Counted from the first letter of the stretch, positions 9,938 to 20,798 are shown. The stretch is DNA of 55,920 bases from Flavobacteriales bacterium (GCA_025451295.1 JANWKQ010000041.1:1-55920), one strand, 5' to 3'. The notes: generated from the letters alone by a model not told the origin. A program made the numbers and translations.

Positions 9938-10648
9938 ATGGCTTCCCCCTTTGTTTTTAAACAGTTTGCGCTCCATCAGGAAAAAGCGGCCTTCAAACTC
10001 GGTACTGATAGTGTTTTGCTGGGTTCATGGTTACCTGATCACTGTTATAAAAAAGTGCTGGATCTGGGTGCCGGAACCGGGATTTTATCCCTCATGGTGG
10101 CTCAACGCTTTCAGGATGCCGGTATTTTAGCCATTGAGATCGATCCTGACTCGGTGGTCGATTGCAGGCATAATTTTGATCAAAGCAAATGGAAGGAAAG
10201 ACTTGAAATGATTGAGAATGATCTTTTTGATTGGAGTAAAAACAATGGATCTGCTCAATTTGATCTGATCATTACCAATCCTCCATACTTCACAAACAGC
10301 CTTAAAAATCCGGATGCCAGAAAATCCATCGCCAGACATACAGATTCGATAAGGCTGAATGATCTTGCGAATGTTGTTCAACAACATCTGGTAGCAGGTG
10401 GCTTTTTTGGTTGTATTCTGCCGGTGAATGAATTCCAGGCTTTATGCAAAGCATTATATGCTCATAATATCTTTCTGAATGATTGTTGCAAGGTTTCAAG
10501 TTTTGAGCATGGCGAGATCATTCGGGAAATGGGTTTGTTCTCAAGAGATAAAAAAGAAGGATTATCGGAACAGCATTTTCTCTATAAAGAAAAAGACGTA
10601 AGAAGCGATTGGTATAAAGTAATCTCAAAGGATTTTTATTTGAAATGA
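9938..10648 (+). CDS. N6-adenine SAM methyltransferase, YfiC/TrmN6-like tRNA (adenine37-N6) methyltransferase
   Basis: SAM motif I is VLDLGAGTGILSL and the catalytic motif IV is NPPYF. The 236-aa size fits the family. Confidence 0.7.
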   Translation: MASPFVFKQFALHQEKAAFKLGTDSVLLGSWLPDHCYKKVLDLGAGTGILSLMVAQRFQDAGILAIEIDPDSVVDCRHNFDQSKWKERLEMIENDLFDWSKNNGSAQFDLIITNPPYFTNSLKNPDARKSIARHTDSIRLNDLANVVQQHLVAGGFFGCILPVNEFQALCKALYAHNIFLNDCCKVSSFEHGEIIREMGLFSRDKKEGLSEQHFLYKEKDVRSDWYKVISKDFYLK

Positions 10649-10667
10649 CTATCAAGAGGATTCCTGG

Positions 10668-12161
10668 TTATCGTGACGATAACAATACCGGATCCTTTTT
10701 TCTGAATAAGCTGATGAACATTAACAAAACAAAGGTCAGCATTCCATTGATCAATATCAACTCAGGGCCGATCTTATAACCCCCGAACCAGAAAACGCTG
10801 TTCTTGTCCAGAAAATAACAAAACACAGGCGCCAGCACACAAATAAACGGAACTAAACCATCGGCTGGTTTGATTTTGGTAAACAGACCGAAAGCGAAGA
10901 GTCCTAATAAAGGTCCATACGTAAATCCTGCCAGATAAAGAATCGTATCAATGATCGCTTTATTATTACCCAGTTTAAACAAAACGATCACAAGGAAAAG
11001 TAAAAGGGCAGAACTTAAATGCACGATCTTCCGTATTTTCATTTTTTGCTGATCGGTATACTTTCCGGGAAGTTCGAAATTCATAAAATCTATGCAAAAA
11101 GAGGTAGCTAATGTGGTTAGTACACTGTCAGCACTACTAAAAGTAGCCGCTGTAAGCCCGACAATAAACGCCAGTCCGGCGATGGTTCCCAGATGTCCCA
11201 AGGCAAGGGTAGGGAAGACCCGGTCTGTGATCACCTTGCCATTATTTACATCCAGCGGAATATTTAATTTGGCGGCATAAATAAATAACAAGGCGCCTAA
11301 TGAAATAAACAAGACATTCACTAATACCATTACAAAACTAAAGGTCATGATATTTTTTTGTGCATCTTTCAAATTGGGACAACTCAAATTTTTCTGCATC
11401 ATATTTTGGTCGAGGCCGGTCATTGAGATGGCAATAAATGCACCTCCGAGGAATTGTTTCCAGAAATAGTTCTTTTCTTTAAAATCCCAGAAAAATACAT
11501 TCGAATAGTTTGAATCGGTCACCTGTGAGATCATTCCTCCGAATCCAAGATCCAATTGTGAGGCGATGGCTACGATCGAAAAAATAAGTCCTCCCAAGAG
11601 GAGAATACTCTGAAAACTATCTGTCCATACGAGGGTTTTGATACCTCCGCGATACGTATATGCAATCATCAAAATGATCATGATGGCAACAGTGAGATAA
11701 AAATCTATTCCTAATCTGTCGAATACGAAGATCTGAATGGTCATCACTGCCAGAAATAAACGGGCGCCGGCACCTAACAACCTTGACAAAATAAAAAAGA
11801 AGGATCCTGTTTTTTGCGAAAAGATCCCGAAGCGGGTGAGCAAATAAGAATAAATGGACGTAAGCTTTAATTTATAATAAACCGGAAGCAATACATAACT
11901 GATTACCCAATATCCAACCAGGTATCCAAAAACCAGTTGGAGATAGGAAAACTGATCCGTATACACTTTACCGGGCACAGAAATAAAAGTAACCCCGGAT
12001 AATGAATCACCAATTAAACCCAATGCAATCAGAAACCAATGTGATTTACGGTTCCCAATGAAAAAGCTGTCGTTATCAGCATTTTTACTGGTGAAGTAGG
12101 AGATCGAAATTAAAATCAGAAAGTAGATGGCAATAAAGCCAAGAATAAGATATGGACTCAT
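10668..12161 (-). CDS. sodium:solute symporter family transporter
   Basis: 497-aa polytopic membrane ORF (about 13 hydrophobic segments) with an SSF-like layout. Confidence 0.7.
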   Translation of the reverse strand: MSPYLILGFIAIYFLILISISYFTSKNADNDSFFIGNRKSHWFLIALGLIGDSLSGVTFISVPGKVYTDQFSYLQLVFGYLVGYWVISYVLLPVYYKLKLTSIYSYLLTRFGIFSQKTGSFFFILSRLLGAGARLFLAVMTIQIFVFDRLGIDFYLTVAIMIILMIAYTYRGGIKTLVWTDSFQSILLLGGLIFSIVAIASQLDLGFGGMISQVTDSNYSNVFFWDFKEKNYFWKQFLGGAFIAISMTGLDQNMMQKNLSCPNLKDAQKNIMTFSFVMVLVNVLFISLGALLFIYAAKLNIPLDVNNGKVITDRVFPTLALGHLGTIAGLAFIVGLTAATFSSADSVLTTLATSFCIDFMNFELPGKYTDQQKMKIRKIVHLSSALLLFLVIVLFKLGNNKAIIDTILYLAGFTYGPLLGLFAFGLFTKIKPADGLVPFICVLAPVFCYFLDKNSVFWFGGYKIGPELILINGMLTFVLLMFISLFRKKDPVLLSSR

Positions 12162-12176
12162 TTATTTTTTAATCGA

Positions 12177-14051
12177 TCATTCTTTAATAATGGTTTTCGT
12201 TAAAATAGATTTATTACCTGATTTCAGCTGCAAGATATAACTTCCGGGGGTTAAATGACCAATATTGAATTGAATTTTATTTTCTCCTTTGTACAATTTA
12301 CCGTTGAACAGGATGCTAACCAACTTTCCCTGCAAGTCAAACAATGACATCTCCACTTCTGTATCTGAAGATAATTCGACTTTCAGGTTGGTAAGATCCA
12401 TAACCGGATTTGGATAAAGAATATTTTCCAGCGTATTTGAACCAATTCCATTTCCATTTTCTTCAATTCCGATCTCAATGCCGAGTGGATTGTAAAGCTC
12501 GGCAATAAAAGCACGATAAGCACTTCCGGTATTACCAAATGTTCCACAGATCCAGACAACTCCATTATTGCTGTATTTGGGTTGTGACCCAAAATAATCA
12601 CCCCATCTTTCCACTGAATCAGTAAGGGCCAGTAAATTTCCGATGCCTTCTTTCACCGTTTTTAAATTCGAGAACTGATCATTCGAATAAAAAATAGTAG
12701 AGATCCCCGGATACCTATTAGGTCCGCTATGCAAAAATGAAAGAAAAAGATCACTTGCTACTCCGTTAAATCCACACCAGGATAAATTGGGATATCCAAA
12801 ATCAAGTGTATCGTTCGAGATCATATGGCCGGTTATGTTGTAGGATTGAATGTCGACCCCGGTGATCTCTGCAAAATAGATCCCGGCTCTTCCATTGGCT
12901 GTATCCACTGAATTGGATGCAAAATAAATTCTTCCACCTTCGTAAAATCCGCCTAATATTCTTCCATCATTGGTAGCTAAATATTGTCCTGCTACTTTTT
13001 GAAATCCGTTCGGTGGAAACCCATAAGGGATATCAGATTGAATAATATCTGTCTGCAATTGGATTCCCGGAGCACCAATGGTATCATTGATATTGAGCAG
13101 GAAAACAGTATCATTCAAAGTCGAAATATTCCGGTTGCTCAAAAAATATTGTTTCGGGCCATAAATAAATTCTCCGCTTTTTACAGGATGTAAATTTCTT
13201 ACCGGACGGCCCCCTGAATTGATATTCGACCATAGATAGGTATCCAGGGTAGTTCCATTGTATCCATCTGATTTGTCGATTTGCCAAATAACCGATTGCT
13301 TAAATCCCAACAACCAGGATTGACCATCTTTAAGTTGATTTCCGGTGATAAATACTTCATCATTTGTGATGGAGATGGCAGGATAGTCGAACCAGGTGGT
13401 ATCTCCAAATGGATTTCCTGACAGGGTATAAAAATTCCAGGTACTGTCGGGCCGGTTTGTTTCTGAAAAAGCTACAATGATTTTACTATAGGTAGAATTG
13501 AAACCATTTAAAATAACGGCAATATACCTGTCAGCTTCCGGATCATAAATTACTTTTGGATCAAACTTTGAGTTATTGATACCATTCAATCCGAGTGATA
13601 AGCAAAAACTTTGTAAGGTTCTCGACTTGATCAATAAACCATCTTCATTGTAAACCTGGATGATCGTGTTTGAAACGGAGGTGATCAGGCCTGAATCGGA
13701 ATCCGCCATATAATTATCCATGGGTACGCTTCCGGAAGCTGTATTGGCAGTAAATGAACGATTGATGATCGGATCAGGAAGACTTCGATCTGTTTTTTCC
13801 CCATTCGTTTCTTTTTTGGGAAAAATGTTTTGCGTATTGGTCTTTAACTGGCTCAGGAATTGCATCTCCCTATTGTCGAGAAACTGACCGGCTTGCTGGT
13901 TTTGAATATTCAGATACCACGGGCCTTCATCAACTGCATTGAAATTGGTTTTACAAGCTAACGGGATAGCAAGGTGTTGTTTAGTGGGACTTTGCGCATA
14001 TAAAATAGCTGTCACCATGGTCAAAATAAAAATGGAATATTTTTTTCTCAT
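12177..14051 (-). CDS. T9SS-secreted hypothetical protein (C-terminal sorting domain)
   Basis: 624-aa ORF with a signal peptide. The C-terminal ~80 aa (ILYPNPVMDLTNLKVEL...GSYILQLKSGNKSILTKTIIKE) form a T9SS CTD. The ATG overlaps the sanA TGA (ATGA). Confidence 0.7.
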   Translation of the reverse strand: MRKKYSIFILTMVTAILYAQSPTKQHLAIPLACKTNFNAVDEGPWYLNIQNQQAGQFLDNREMQFLSQLKTNTQNIFPKKETNGEKTDRSLPDPIINRSFTANTASGSVPMDNYMADSDSGLITSVSNTIIQVYNEDGLLIKSRTLQSFCLSLGLNGINNSKFDPKVIYDPEADRYIAVILNGFNSTYSKIIVAFSETNRPDSTWNFYTLSGNPFGDTTWFDYPAISITNDEVFITGNQLKDGQSWLLGFKQSVIWQIDKSDGYNGTTLDTYLWSNINSGGRPVRNLHPVKSGEFIYGPKQYFLSNRNISTLNDTVFLLNINDTIGAPGIQLQTDIIQSDIPYGFPPNGFQKVAGQYLATNDGRILGGFYEGGRIYFASNSVDTANGRAGIYFAEITGVDIQSYNITGHMISNDTLDFGYPNLSWCGFNGVASDLFLSFLHSGPNRYPGISTIFYSNDQFSNLKTVKEGIGNLLALTDSVERWGDYFGSQPKYSNNGVVWICGTFGNTGSAYRAFIAELYNPLGIEIGIEENGNGIGSNTLENILYPNPVMDLTNLKVELSSDTEVEMSLFDLQGKLVSILFNGKLYKGENKIQFNIGHLTPGSYILQLKSGNKSILTKTIIKE

Positions 14052-14695
14052 TGTAGGTTGATTTTAATTTCGGAACCCAAATGTCTGGGTTCGGTACCAA
14101 GCACGTATAGATCCAGCATGGCTTTTGATCGGGCGAATAATTCTCTGAAACGGGTGGTACGGTTATATTTTGATCCAACATCTTTGGCACAATAACCCAC
14201 TGCATCAATTTTATAATATCCCGCAATGAACAAAGCTCTTTGTAAATGAAATTTCTGAGAAACAATGGTCACTTTTTTGGTCATAAAGATCTTTTTAAGA
14301 CGTACCACCGAATCAAGTGTACGTAAACCGGCATAATCGCAGGTGATCTTTTCAGCTGGAACACCTAATTTGATAAGGGATGCTTTCATCTGTTCAGGTT
14401 CATTGTATCCTTTGTAATGGTTATCACCGCTTACGATGATGTGTTTTATCTTGCCCTGAAAATATAATTCGGCAGCGGATTCGATACGGTGCTTATAATA
14501 AAGATTGATTCCCCCGGTGGTGTACTTACTGGTACCCAGTACCAGGGCAATATCGTTGTATGGTAACTGGTGAATATCTGTATAGATCTTTTTTTGGGTT
14601 GATTGGATAATGATAAGGTTCGACATGAATAAAAATAGCAAAGGCAGCGTGACCATCACGATAAAAATATAGAGAAGTTTCCGGTATTTCTTCAT
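14048..14695 (-). CDS. sanA: SanA (DUF218/YdcF-family envelope protein)
   Basis: VLGTSKYTTGGINLYYKHRIESAAELY...SGDNHYKGYNEPEQMK...DYAGLRTLDSVVR...SQKFHLQRALFIA closely parallels E. coli SanA. The start is placed at MKKYRK (14695). An alternative ATG is at 14707, and the track ORF extends to 14833. Confidence 0.85.
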   Translation of the reverse strand: MKKYRKLLYIFIVMVTLPLLFLFMSNLIIIQSTQKKIYTDIHQLPYNDIALVLGTSKYTTGGINLYYKHRIESAAELYFQGKIKHIIVSGDNHYKGYNEPEQMKASLIKLGVPAEKITCDYAGLRTLDSVVRLKKIFMTKKVTIVSQKFHLQRALFIAGYYKIDAVGYCAKDVGSKYNRTTRFRELFARSKAMLDLYVLGTEPRHLGSEIKINLQ

Positions 14696-14927
14696 TCGAT
14701 GGCTCATTGAGGATACCAAGATACTAAGATTTGGGAAGAATGGCAAGGAATGAGAGTTCAACTGAAGATCATTAAAACACTGAAGAGTGGAACGGATAAT
14801 AGATTCTGTGGGAAATAAATCAACCATTTTCATAAAATTTTGTATATTTATACTTGTGTTAAGTTAGGCCTGAGCAAAGGGCGAATGACCGGATTTCAGG
14901 GTTAAGATAACACCAACCAACTTTAAT

Positions 14928-16979
14928 ATGATCTCCTATTCCAAATATCCGTTTCTTCGGCTATTGATCGCATTTGTTGTAGGTATTGTGGTCTTCGAAT
15001 TTATTCCATTCAGATTTTCCTTATGGATCTTTGTGCTTCTTCTTATGCCGCTGGTTTTATTCTCGATTTTCACTCCGAAAAAGATTCAGCTTCATCATAA
15101 AAAAACCGTTTGGTTAGGACTTGCACTACAGCTCATTTTTTTTGTTTTGGGTTTTGGTAATGCTCAACTAAAAAACAAGACCCCTGTTATTCTGGATCTT
15201 GAAAACTCAAATGGTGTTATATGCCGGATCACCCAAACACCGGTAAAAAAAACCAGATCGTATAAGTCAGAAGCATTTATAGAAAAAGCATTGATCAATA
15301 ACAACTGGGTGAATGTCCAGAAAAAAATGATCATTTACTTTCCACTTGATTCGGTAGCTCCGTGCGACTATGATGATATCGTATTCATCCAATCAAATAT
15401 TTCCCGACCAAGACTACCGGCTAATCCACATCAGTTCAACTATAAAAAATATTTGGAGAAAAAAGAGATCTATTATCAGGCCTATGTAAAGAAAAAGGAT
15501 ATCAGGGTGGTTGGTAAGGACCACCATTTTACGCTGGATGATTTTGCGGAAAGTTCGGTTCAATATACCCGGTATGTTTTTCACACGTTGGTTCCGGATA
15601 GTGGATTAGGTTCCATCGCCACTGCTTTGCTGGTTGGATTTCAGGAAGAACTGGATCCCGAAACCAAAACAAGTTTTTCCAGGGTGGGCGCTATGCATAT
15701 TCTGGCAGTTTCAGGACTTCATGTAGGAATTATTTTTATTCTTTTATCAAAACTTCTTTTCCCGCTCGACCGGAATAAATACACCAAAATACTCAAGGCG
15801 GTTATACTTCTTGTTTTTCTTTGGGGCTATGCCATCATTGCGGGTTTTTCGCCATCCATTGTACGGGCTTCACTCATGTTTACATTATTGATACCTATTA
15901 TTAGTTTTAGTGTTCCGGGTAATGCTTATAATAATATTGCCAGCTCCGCTTTTATTTTATTGCTGTGGCAACCCAATTATTTGTTCGATGTTGGATTTCA
16001 GCTTTCCTATGTAGCTGTATTTGGAATTATATATTTATACCCCTATTTAAAAGAATGGGTCGAAACCAAATACTGGTTGGTTAATCAGATGTGGCAGTTA
16101 ACTGCTGTATCGATAGCGGCCACCATTTTTACAGCACCCATTGTGCTGTATAATTTTGGACAATTCCCGCTTTCATTTCTCATTTCCAATCTTATTGCCG
16201 TTCCGCTGTCAACATTGATCATTTATGTTGGATTATTTGCATTAATCGTGTTTAAAATCCCCATCGTTGCTGCGTTAACCGGAAAACTACTCTATGCGTT
16301 GTTATTATTTCTCAAATTAAGCATTGAATGGATCGAAGATCTTCCATTTGCCTATCTGGATCACTTGCTGATCAACCGTTGGCAGGTTTTTATTTTATAT
16401 GGCCTCATCCTTACCTTTATTTTTTATTTTCAATATAGAAAGGTTAAATATTTCAGAACCGGTTTGGTTATGATGTGTTTGTTTTGCATTACACTTATTT
16501 ATCGGAGATTCGAAGTGAACCGTCATCAGGAATTATATATTTATAATTTAAATAAAAGTTCTTATGTTGAATATATGGATGGTCATAATGCCACCAATGT
16601 ATTGGATAAGGAACTTGCTGATCTCGACTTTGGATTATTTGTAAGAACCAATCATCAGCACGAAGGTGTATTTTATAGACATAAGAAAAGCAATAAAGTG
16701 GCCTCTTTTTTACCAGGGATTCAGATAAGGGACACGAAATTTTTTGTGATCGAGAGGGCAATTCCGGTTTCAGATCGGCGGTTGAAGATCGATTATCTGC
16801 TTTTATCAAATATTAAATATCTGGATGTGGAGCAACTCCAGGAACAATTTGAATTTAAAAAAGTGGTGATCCTGAACAATCATTCATCCAAAAAAATGAA
16901 TAAACTGGCAGAACTGTTAAGGGATGCGAATGTACCATTTCATTCGATGGCCGATGGTTATTTTGGATTAAAGTACTGA
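14928..16979 (+). CDS. comEC: ComEC/Rec2-family DNA internalisation channel protein
   Basis: 683-aa polytopic ORF with the competence-domain signature FSRVGAMHILAVSGLHVGII. It has the N-terminal DUF4131-like region but no C-terminal beta-lactamase domain. Confidence 0.8.
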   Translation: MISYSKYPFLRLLIAFVVGIVVFEFIPFRFSLWIFVLLLMPLVLFSIFTPKKIQLHHKKTVWLGLALQLIFFVLGFGNAQLKNKTPVILDLENSNGVICRITQTPVKKTRSYKSEAFIEKALINNNWVNVQKKMIIYFPLDSVAPCDYDDIVFIQSNISRPRLPANPHQFNYKKYLEKKEIYYQAYVKKKDIRVVGKDHHFTLDDFAESSVQYTRYVFHTLVPDSGLGSIATALLVGFQEELDPETKTSFSRVGAMHILAVSGLHVGIIFILLSKLLFPLDRNKYTKILKAVILLVFLWGYAIIAGFSPSIVRASLMFTLLIPIISFSVPGNAYNNIASSAFILLLWQPNYLFDVGFQLSYVAVFGIIYLYPYLKEWVETKYWLVNQMWQLTAVSIAATIFTAPIVLYNFGQFPLSFLISNLIAVPLSTLIIYVGLFALIVFKIPIVAALTGKLLYALLLFLKLSIEWIEDLPFAYLDHLLINRWQVFILYGLILTFIFYFQYRKVKYFRTGLVMMCLFCITLIYRRFEVNRHQELYIYNLNKSSYVEYMDGHNATNVLDKELADLDFGLFVRTNHQHEGVFYRHKKSNKVASFLPGIQIRDTKFFVIERAIPVSDRRLKIDYLLLSNIKYLDVEQLQEQFEFKKVVILNNHSSKKMNKLAELLRDANVPFHSMADGYFGLKY

Positions 16980-17053
16980 TTTTACTAGCCTTTTGAAGAA
17001 ATTTGAGAATCAAAAATAATATTAACAAAAGGTTAATTCCACCTTAATTTCAT

Positions 17054-17061
17054 TACATTTG
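17054..17061 (+). promoter_or_regulatory. -7 promoter box TACATTTG
   Basis: Perfect TAnnTTTG 21 nt upstream of the ATG at 17082. Confidence 0.5.
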
Positions 17062-17081
17062 TCAGCCTTAAAATCTAAAAA

Positions 17082-18017
17082 ATGACATTAGTGGACCAGG
17101 AATGGATAGTAATCTTAAATCCTCTTGCCGGAAAGAAAAAAGGCGGCAAACATAAGGAGAGAATATTTGGTCTGCTTGATAAGTATAAAATTTCTTATAA
17201 GCCTATTCTTACCGAAGGTGTTGGTCACGCCATACAACTTACGAAAGATCTGATAGAAAAAGGCCAGCGAAAATTTATTGGAATTGGTGGAGACGGAACC
17301 ATGAACGAACTAGTGAATGGGATCTTTTTACAGACTGCCGTAAAACCCTCTGAGATAGCACTGGCTTTCATACCTGTAGGAAGTGGGAATGATTGGGTAC
17401 GCACTGTTGGAATTCCTCATGACTATGAAGGGGCCATTAAAACCATCAAGACTGGAAGCTTCTTTTTACATGATGTGGGAAAAGTAACCTATCAGGAAAA
17501 TGAAGGCAGGAAGGCGAGGTACTTTGCCAACATTGCCGGTATTGCATATGATGCTTTTGTAGTTCAGCGGGTGAACAAGAAGAAATCCGGCAACTATAAG
17601 ATGACTGTATTGTCTTCTTTGCTCAAGTATAAACCACAGGTGGTACGACTCATCCTCGACGATAAAGAAGTATTGAATGAGATTGTTTTTTCTGCAGCTA
17701 TTGGTCACGGAAAATTTAATGGAAAAGGAATGATGCAGTTACCGGAGGCTATGCCGGATGATGGGGTATTTGATCTCACCGTTTATCATGAATGCACAAA
17801 AATGCAGGTGGTAAAAAATACGAATAAATTATATGATGGTAGTTTCGTAAAACTCCCTTTTATATCACAACATACGGCTCATAAAGTTCGTATTGAATCC
17901 GATTCACAGGTTTATATTGAGACGGATGGTGAGGAACTCGGACATACCCCCATCGAAATTGAAATGCTTACCAGAAGTCTCAAAATTATCTGCGGGATAA
18001 AAAGCAGGATGGTATAA
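17082..18017 (+). CDS. diacylglycerol-kinase-family lipid kinase (YegS/BmrU-like)
   Basis: DAGK catalytic-domain motif GIGGDGTMNELVNG. The 311-aa size fits the family. Confidence 0.8.
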   Translation: MTLVDQEWIVILNPLAGKKKGGKHKERIFGLLDKYKISYKPILTEGVGHAIQLTKDLIEKGQRKFIGIGGDGTMNELVNGIFLQTAVKPSEIALAFIPVGSGNDWVRTVGIPHDYEGAIKTIKTGSFFLHDVGKVTYQENEGRKARYFANIAGIAYDAFVVQRVNKKKSGNYKMTVLSSLLKYKPQVVRLILDDKEVLNEIVFSAAIGHGKFNGKGMMQLPEAMPDDGVFDLTVYHECTKMQVVKNTNKLYDGSFVKLPFISQHTAHKVRIESDSQVYIETDGEELGHTPIEIEMLTRSLKIICGIKSRMV

Positions 18018-18020
18018 TGT

Positions 18021-19334
18021 CTATTTATTTTTCTTCATTTCGTTTTCATCCACACTCCATTTGGCATCTATATAGAGCATAGAATCCACTGAGATATTTC
18101 TTTCTTTCGCTTTTTCTTTGATGGATTTCATCCATTTTTCATCCAGACGGATATATTCCTTCATCTCTTCAATCTGATCATTGTATTTCATATCCAGTTT
18201 TTCCCGGTCAATCTTTCCGTTGTAATAATTAAACATGGTTTCTATAAAATCCCAACCAAATTCAGGAAGATGTATATCTGTCGACATCAAAATAATTACT
18301 TCATGTTGTTTGATCTCATCCAGCACATCTACCTCCTCGATCTTTTTTGTCTTTTCGTATCTCGGGCTATGTGCTGATTTAAAATAATACCAAAAGTCTG
18401 ATCGGTTGAAGATGTTGGAAATACCCATGGCAAATATCTGCCAATAATAACTGTCGGCTATCACTAATACAGATGGTTTAGTGGTACCAACCGTATCATC
18501 AAACAATACCTGCGGGTAAGCCATGAGCTCTGGTTGGAGACGGAAGAGAAGATTCATTCCTTTTTCAATATCAATATCGGTATCCTTCGCCTTTTCCGTG
18601 GTGATTTTGTCCCAATGAATATTCGGAATATCTAAATTCCTGTCGAGCTCAATTGTTTTGAGAATAGAGTCCGTTGCCAGGATCGATCCGTATTGACTCC
18701 AATGGATCCCATATCTGGGAACCAACGGATAAGGAGATTTATTTTTTTGCTGAATGAACCAGGTGTGAAAATCTATATGAGGTATCTTCATTTCCTTCGC
18801 AAATTTCAGATATACTTCAATATTCGTGATCCCCTGTGCAGCTTTTCTGCTTTCCGGTATAAATTCAGGGAAATACGCTCCTTTTCCCGGAGCGAAAACC
18901 ACCAGGAAGGTTTTATTCATTTTTTTGAAGGTATCAGCCAAAAAGGAAACCATCAGCATTTTCTTTTTAATCGAATCTATCCCAATAAAATCCTGCCCAT
19001 AATACGCCTCAATATATTTATCCTCGTACAAATAGTTTTCCTTTCCTATCACCACTCCGTTGGCCTTCGCCTTTTTGAAAAGCGCAAAGGAGATCTGGTT
19101 ATGCAAACGGATATACGTATTGTGGTAACCAAAATGATCGTGCAGGAATTTTTCTTTTTGCTCCTGGAATTCTTTGTTGAACCAGGTGTGCCGGGTAATA
19201 GGTACATCTTTGGCAGGAACATAATCACCGGCCAATGGTCTTATCTTCGATAAATTGAAGTTTTCCTGTAGCAAAGGAAGAAACAGGAATACCATAATGG
19301 TACAGAGAAGAATATGTTTAATATTTATTTTCAT
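18021..19334 (-). CDS. AlgJ/AlgX-like (DHHW/SGNH-type) O-acetylation accessory protein
   Basis: N-terminal anchor, then an HW-containing motif (RYGIHWSQYGS). The ATG shares one base with the TAA of the upstream MBOAT gene (TAATG), the classical MBOAT partner position. Confidence 0.55.
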   Translation of the reverse strand: MKINIKHILLCTIMVFLFLPLLQENFNLSKIRPLAGDYVPAKDVPITRHTWFNKEFQEQKEKFLHDHFGYHNTYIRLHNQISFALFKKAKANGVVIGKENYLYEDKYIEAYYGQDFIGIDSIKKKMLMVSFLADTFKKMNKTFLVVFAPGKGAYFPEFIPESRKAAQGITNIEVYLKFAKEMKIPHIDFHTWFIQQKNKSPYPLVPRYGIHWSQYGSILATDSILKTIELDRNLDIPNIHWDKITTEKAKDTDIDIEKGMNLLFRLQPELMAYPQVLFDDTVGTTKPSVLVIADSYYWQIFAMGISNIFNRSDFWYYFKSAHSPRYEKTKKIEEVDVLDEIKQHEVIILMSTDIHLPEFGWDFIETMFNYYNGKIDREKLDMKYNDQIEEMKEYIRLDEKWMKSIKEKAKERNISVDSMLYIDAKWSVDENEMKKNK

Positions 19335-20752
19335 TAAAACCTGAAATAAATAAATGGATTAAAACCATTGGCGGCCACAAAGCTTATACAAATGGTCATT
19401 AATATAATACTCAAGCAGGTTACGATCACATGTTTGGTATTACTGTATGCATTTACATAAATACTGTCCTGAATTTTTTGTCCCAACTTAAATGTGGTGA
19501 AAAACGAAAAGAAAACAGCCACGAAAAAGTAGAAATAGAATTCGGTATCCCAATGAAACTGTCCGGTTATCTTAAAGCTGAACATGGCTTTTAAATATTT
19601 CCATCCAAGACTTACACTTTCTATTTTAAACATGGTCCATCCAATCACCACGATTGTAAAGGTGATGATCATCGAAGGGATCCTTCCGATCTTCGAATAT
19701 ACTTTCAGCAGGAAGATTCTTTCGAGCACGAGGAAAATTCCATGATAAGCACCCCAGATTATAAAACTCCACATGGCACCATGCCAGAAACCGGATATAA
19801 GAAAAACGATGCATAAATTGATATAAACAAAAACCGGTAACCTTGCTTTATTTCCACCAAGTGGAATGTAGAGATAGTTTTTCATCCAATTCCCCAGGGT
19901 AATATGCCAACGTCTCCAAAAATCGGTGATGGAGGTTGCGGTATACGGATTGTGAAAATTTTCAGGGAACCTGAACCCAAGCATACGACCAATACCAATG
20001 GCCATATCACTATAACCAGAAAAATCGAAATAGATCTGAAATGCAAAACATAATGCGCCCATCCAGGCGCCTACTGCATCCAGTTTATCATAATCCCATT
20101 CGAAGAGATGTTGTGCTTGCTCTCCAAGAAAATTGGCGATGATCACTTTTTTGGCAAGCCCTATAACGAATCTATAGAAACCCTGTAATTTATCATCCAC
20201 TTTGTCGGGACGTTCAGTGATCTGATCTGCGAGTTCATGATAACGAATAATGGGTCCGGCAATGAGTTTTGGGAAAAGGATAATATATAATTGGTAATCC
20301 CAGAAATTTTTCAGCGGTTTGTGTACTCTTCGGTAAACATCCACAACATAGGTAATGGTCTCAAAAGTATAAAACGAGATCCCGATGGGCATTACTACAT
20401 CCAACAGCGGAACATTTCCGATACCGGCCACCTGAAGGACCTTGTTCGCGTTGCCGATAAAGAAATTACAATATTTGAAATAGAAAAGAAGTCCCAGGTT
20501 AATGGAAACCGATAAAGTGAGCAATAATTTTCGGTGGGTAGGTTTTTGGAGTGAATCCATCCATCGCACCAGGTGAAAATCGAGAAAGGTGGTAAGCAGG
20601 ATGACAAAAATAAATTTCGGAGCCCCCCAGCTGTAAAAAATAATGCTTCCAACAAGCAAAAGAATATTCTTGAACTTTTTGTCTACAATAAAATAGAGCA
20701 ACAAAAAGATAGGAATAAAATAAACTAAAAATGTAATGCTGCTAAAAACCAT
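19334..20752 (-). CDS. MBOAT-family membrane O-acyltransferase (AlgI/DltB-like)
   Basis: 472-aa polytopic ORF. It carries the MBOAT signature region FWRRWHITLGNWMKNYLYIPLGG and the conserved His in FLISGFWHG. Confidence 0.85.
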   Translation of the reverse strand: MVFSSITFLVYFIPIFLLLYFIVDKKFKNILLLVGSIIFYSWGAPKFIFVILLTTFLDFHLVRWMDSLQKPTHRKLLLTLSVSINLGLLFYFKYCNFFIGNANKVLQVAGIGNVPLLDVVMPIGISFYTFETITYVVDVYRRVHKPLKNFWDYQLYIILFPKLIAGPIIRYHELADQITERPDKVDDKLQGFYRFVIGLAKKVIIANFLGEQAQHLFEWDYDKLDAVGAWMGALCFAFQIYFDFSGYSDMAIGIGRMLGFRFPENFHNPYTATSITDFWRRWHITLGNWMKNYLYIPLGGNKARLPVFVYINLCIVFLISGFWHGAMWSFIIWGAYHGIFLVLERIFLLKVYSKIGRIPSMIITFTIVVIGWTMFKIESVSLGWKYLKAMFSFKITGQFHWDTEFYFYFFVAVFFSFFTTFKLGQKIQDSIYVNAYSNTKHVIVTCLSIILMTICISFVAANGFNPFIYFRF

Positions 20753-20798
20753 TGGCTGTCCTTAACGACAGACTAAAAATAGTTTTTTTTTCGGTATA

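Noticed and set aside
18693-19253. A 186-aa plus-strand ORF, together with many other 60-170-aa track ORFs. Examples are 1220..1411, 3113..3454, 9117..9718, 33033..33323, 40955..41275, 43567..43857, 47460..47969, 48396..48713, 52952..53290 and 55572..55898.
   Set aside because: All lie antisense to, or out of frame within, longer ORFs that carry clear family motifs. Their translations are low-complexity or atypical (Cys/Trp/His-rich, no motifs). I treated them as shadow ORFs.
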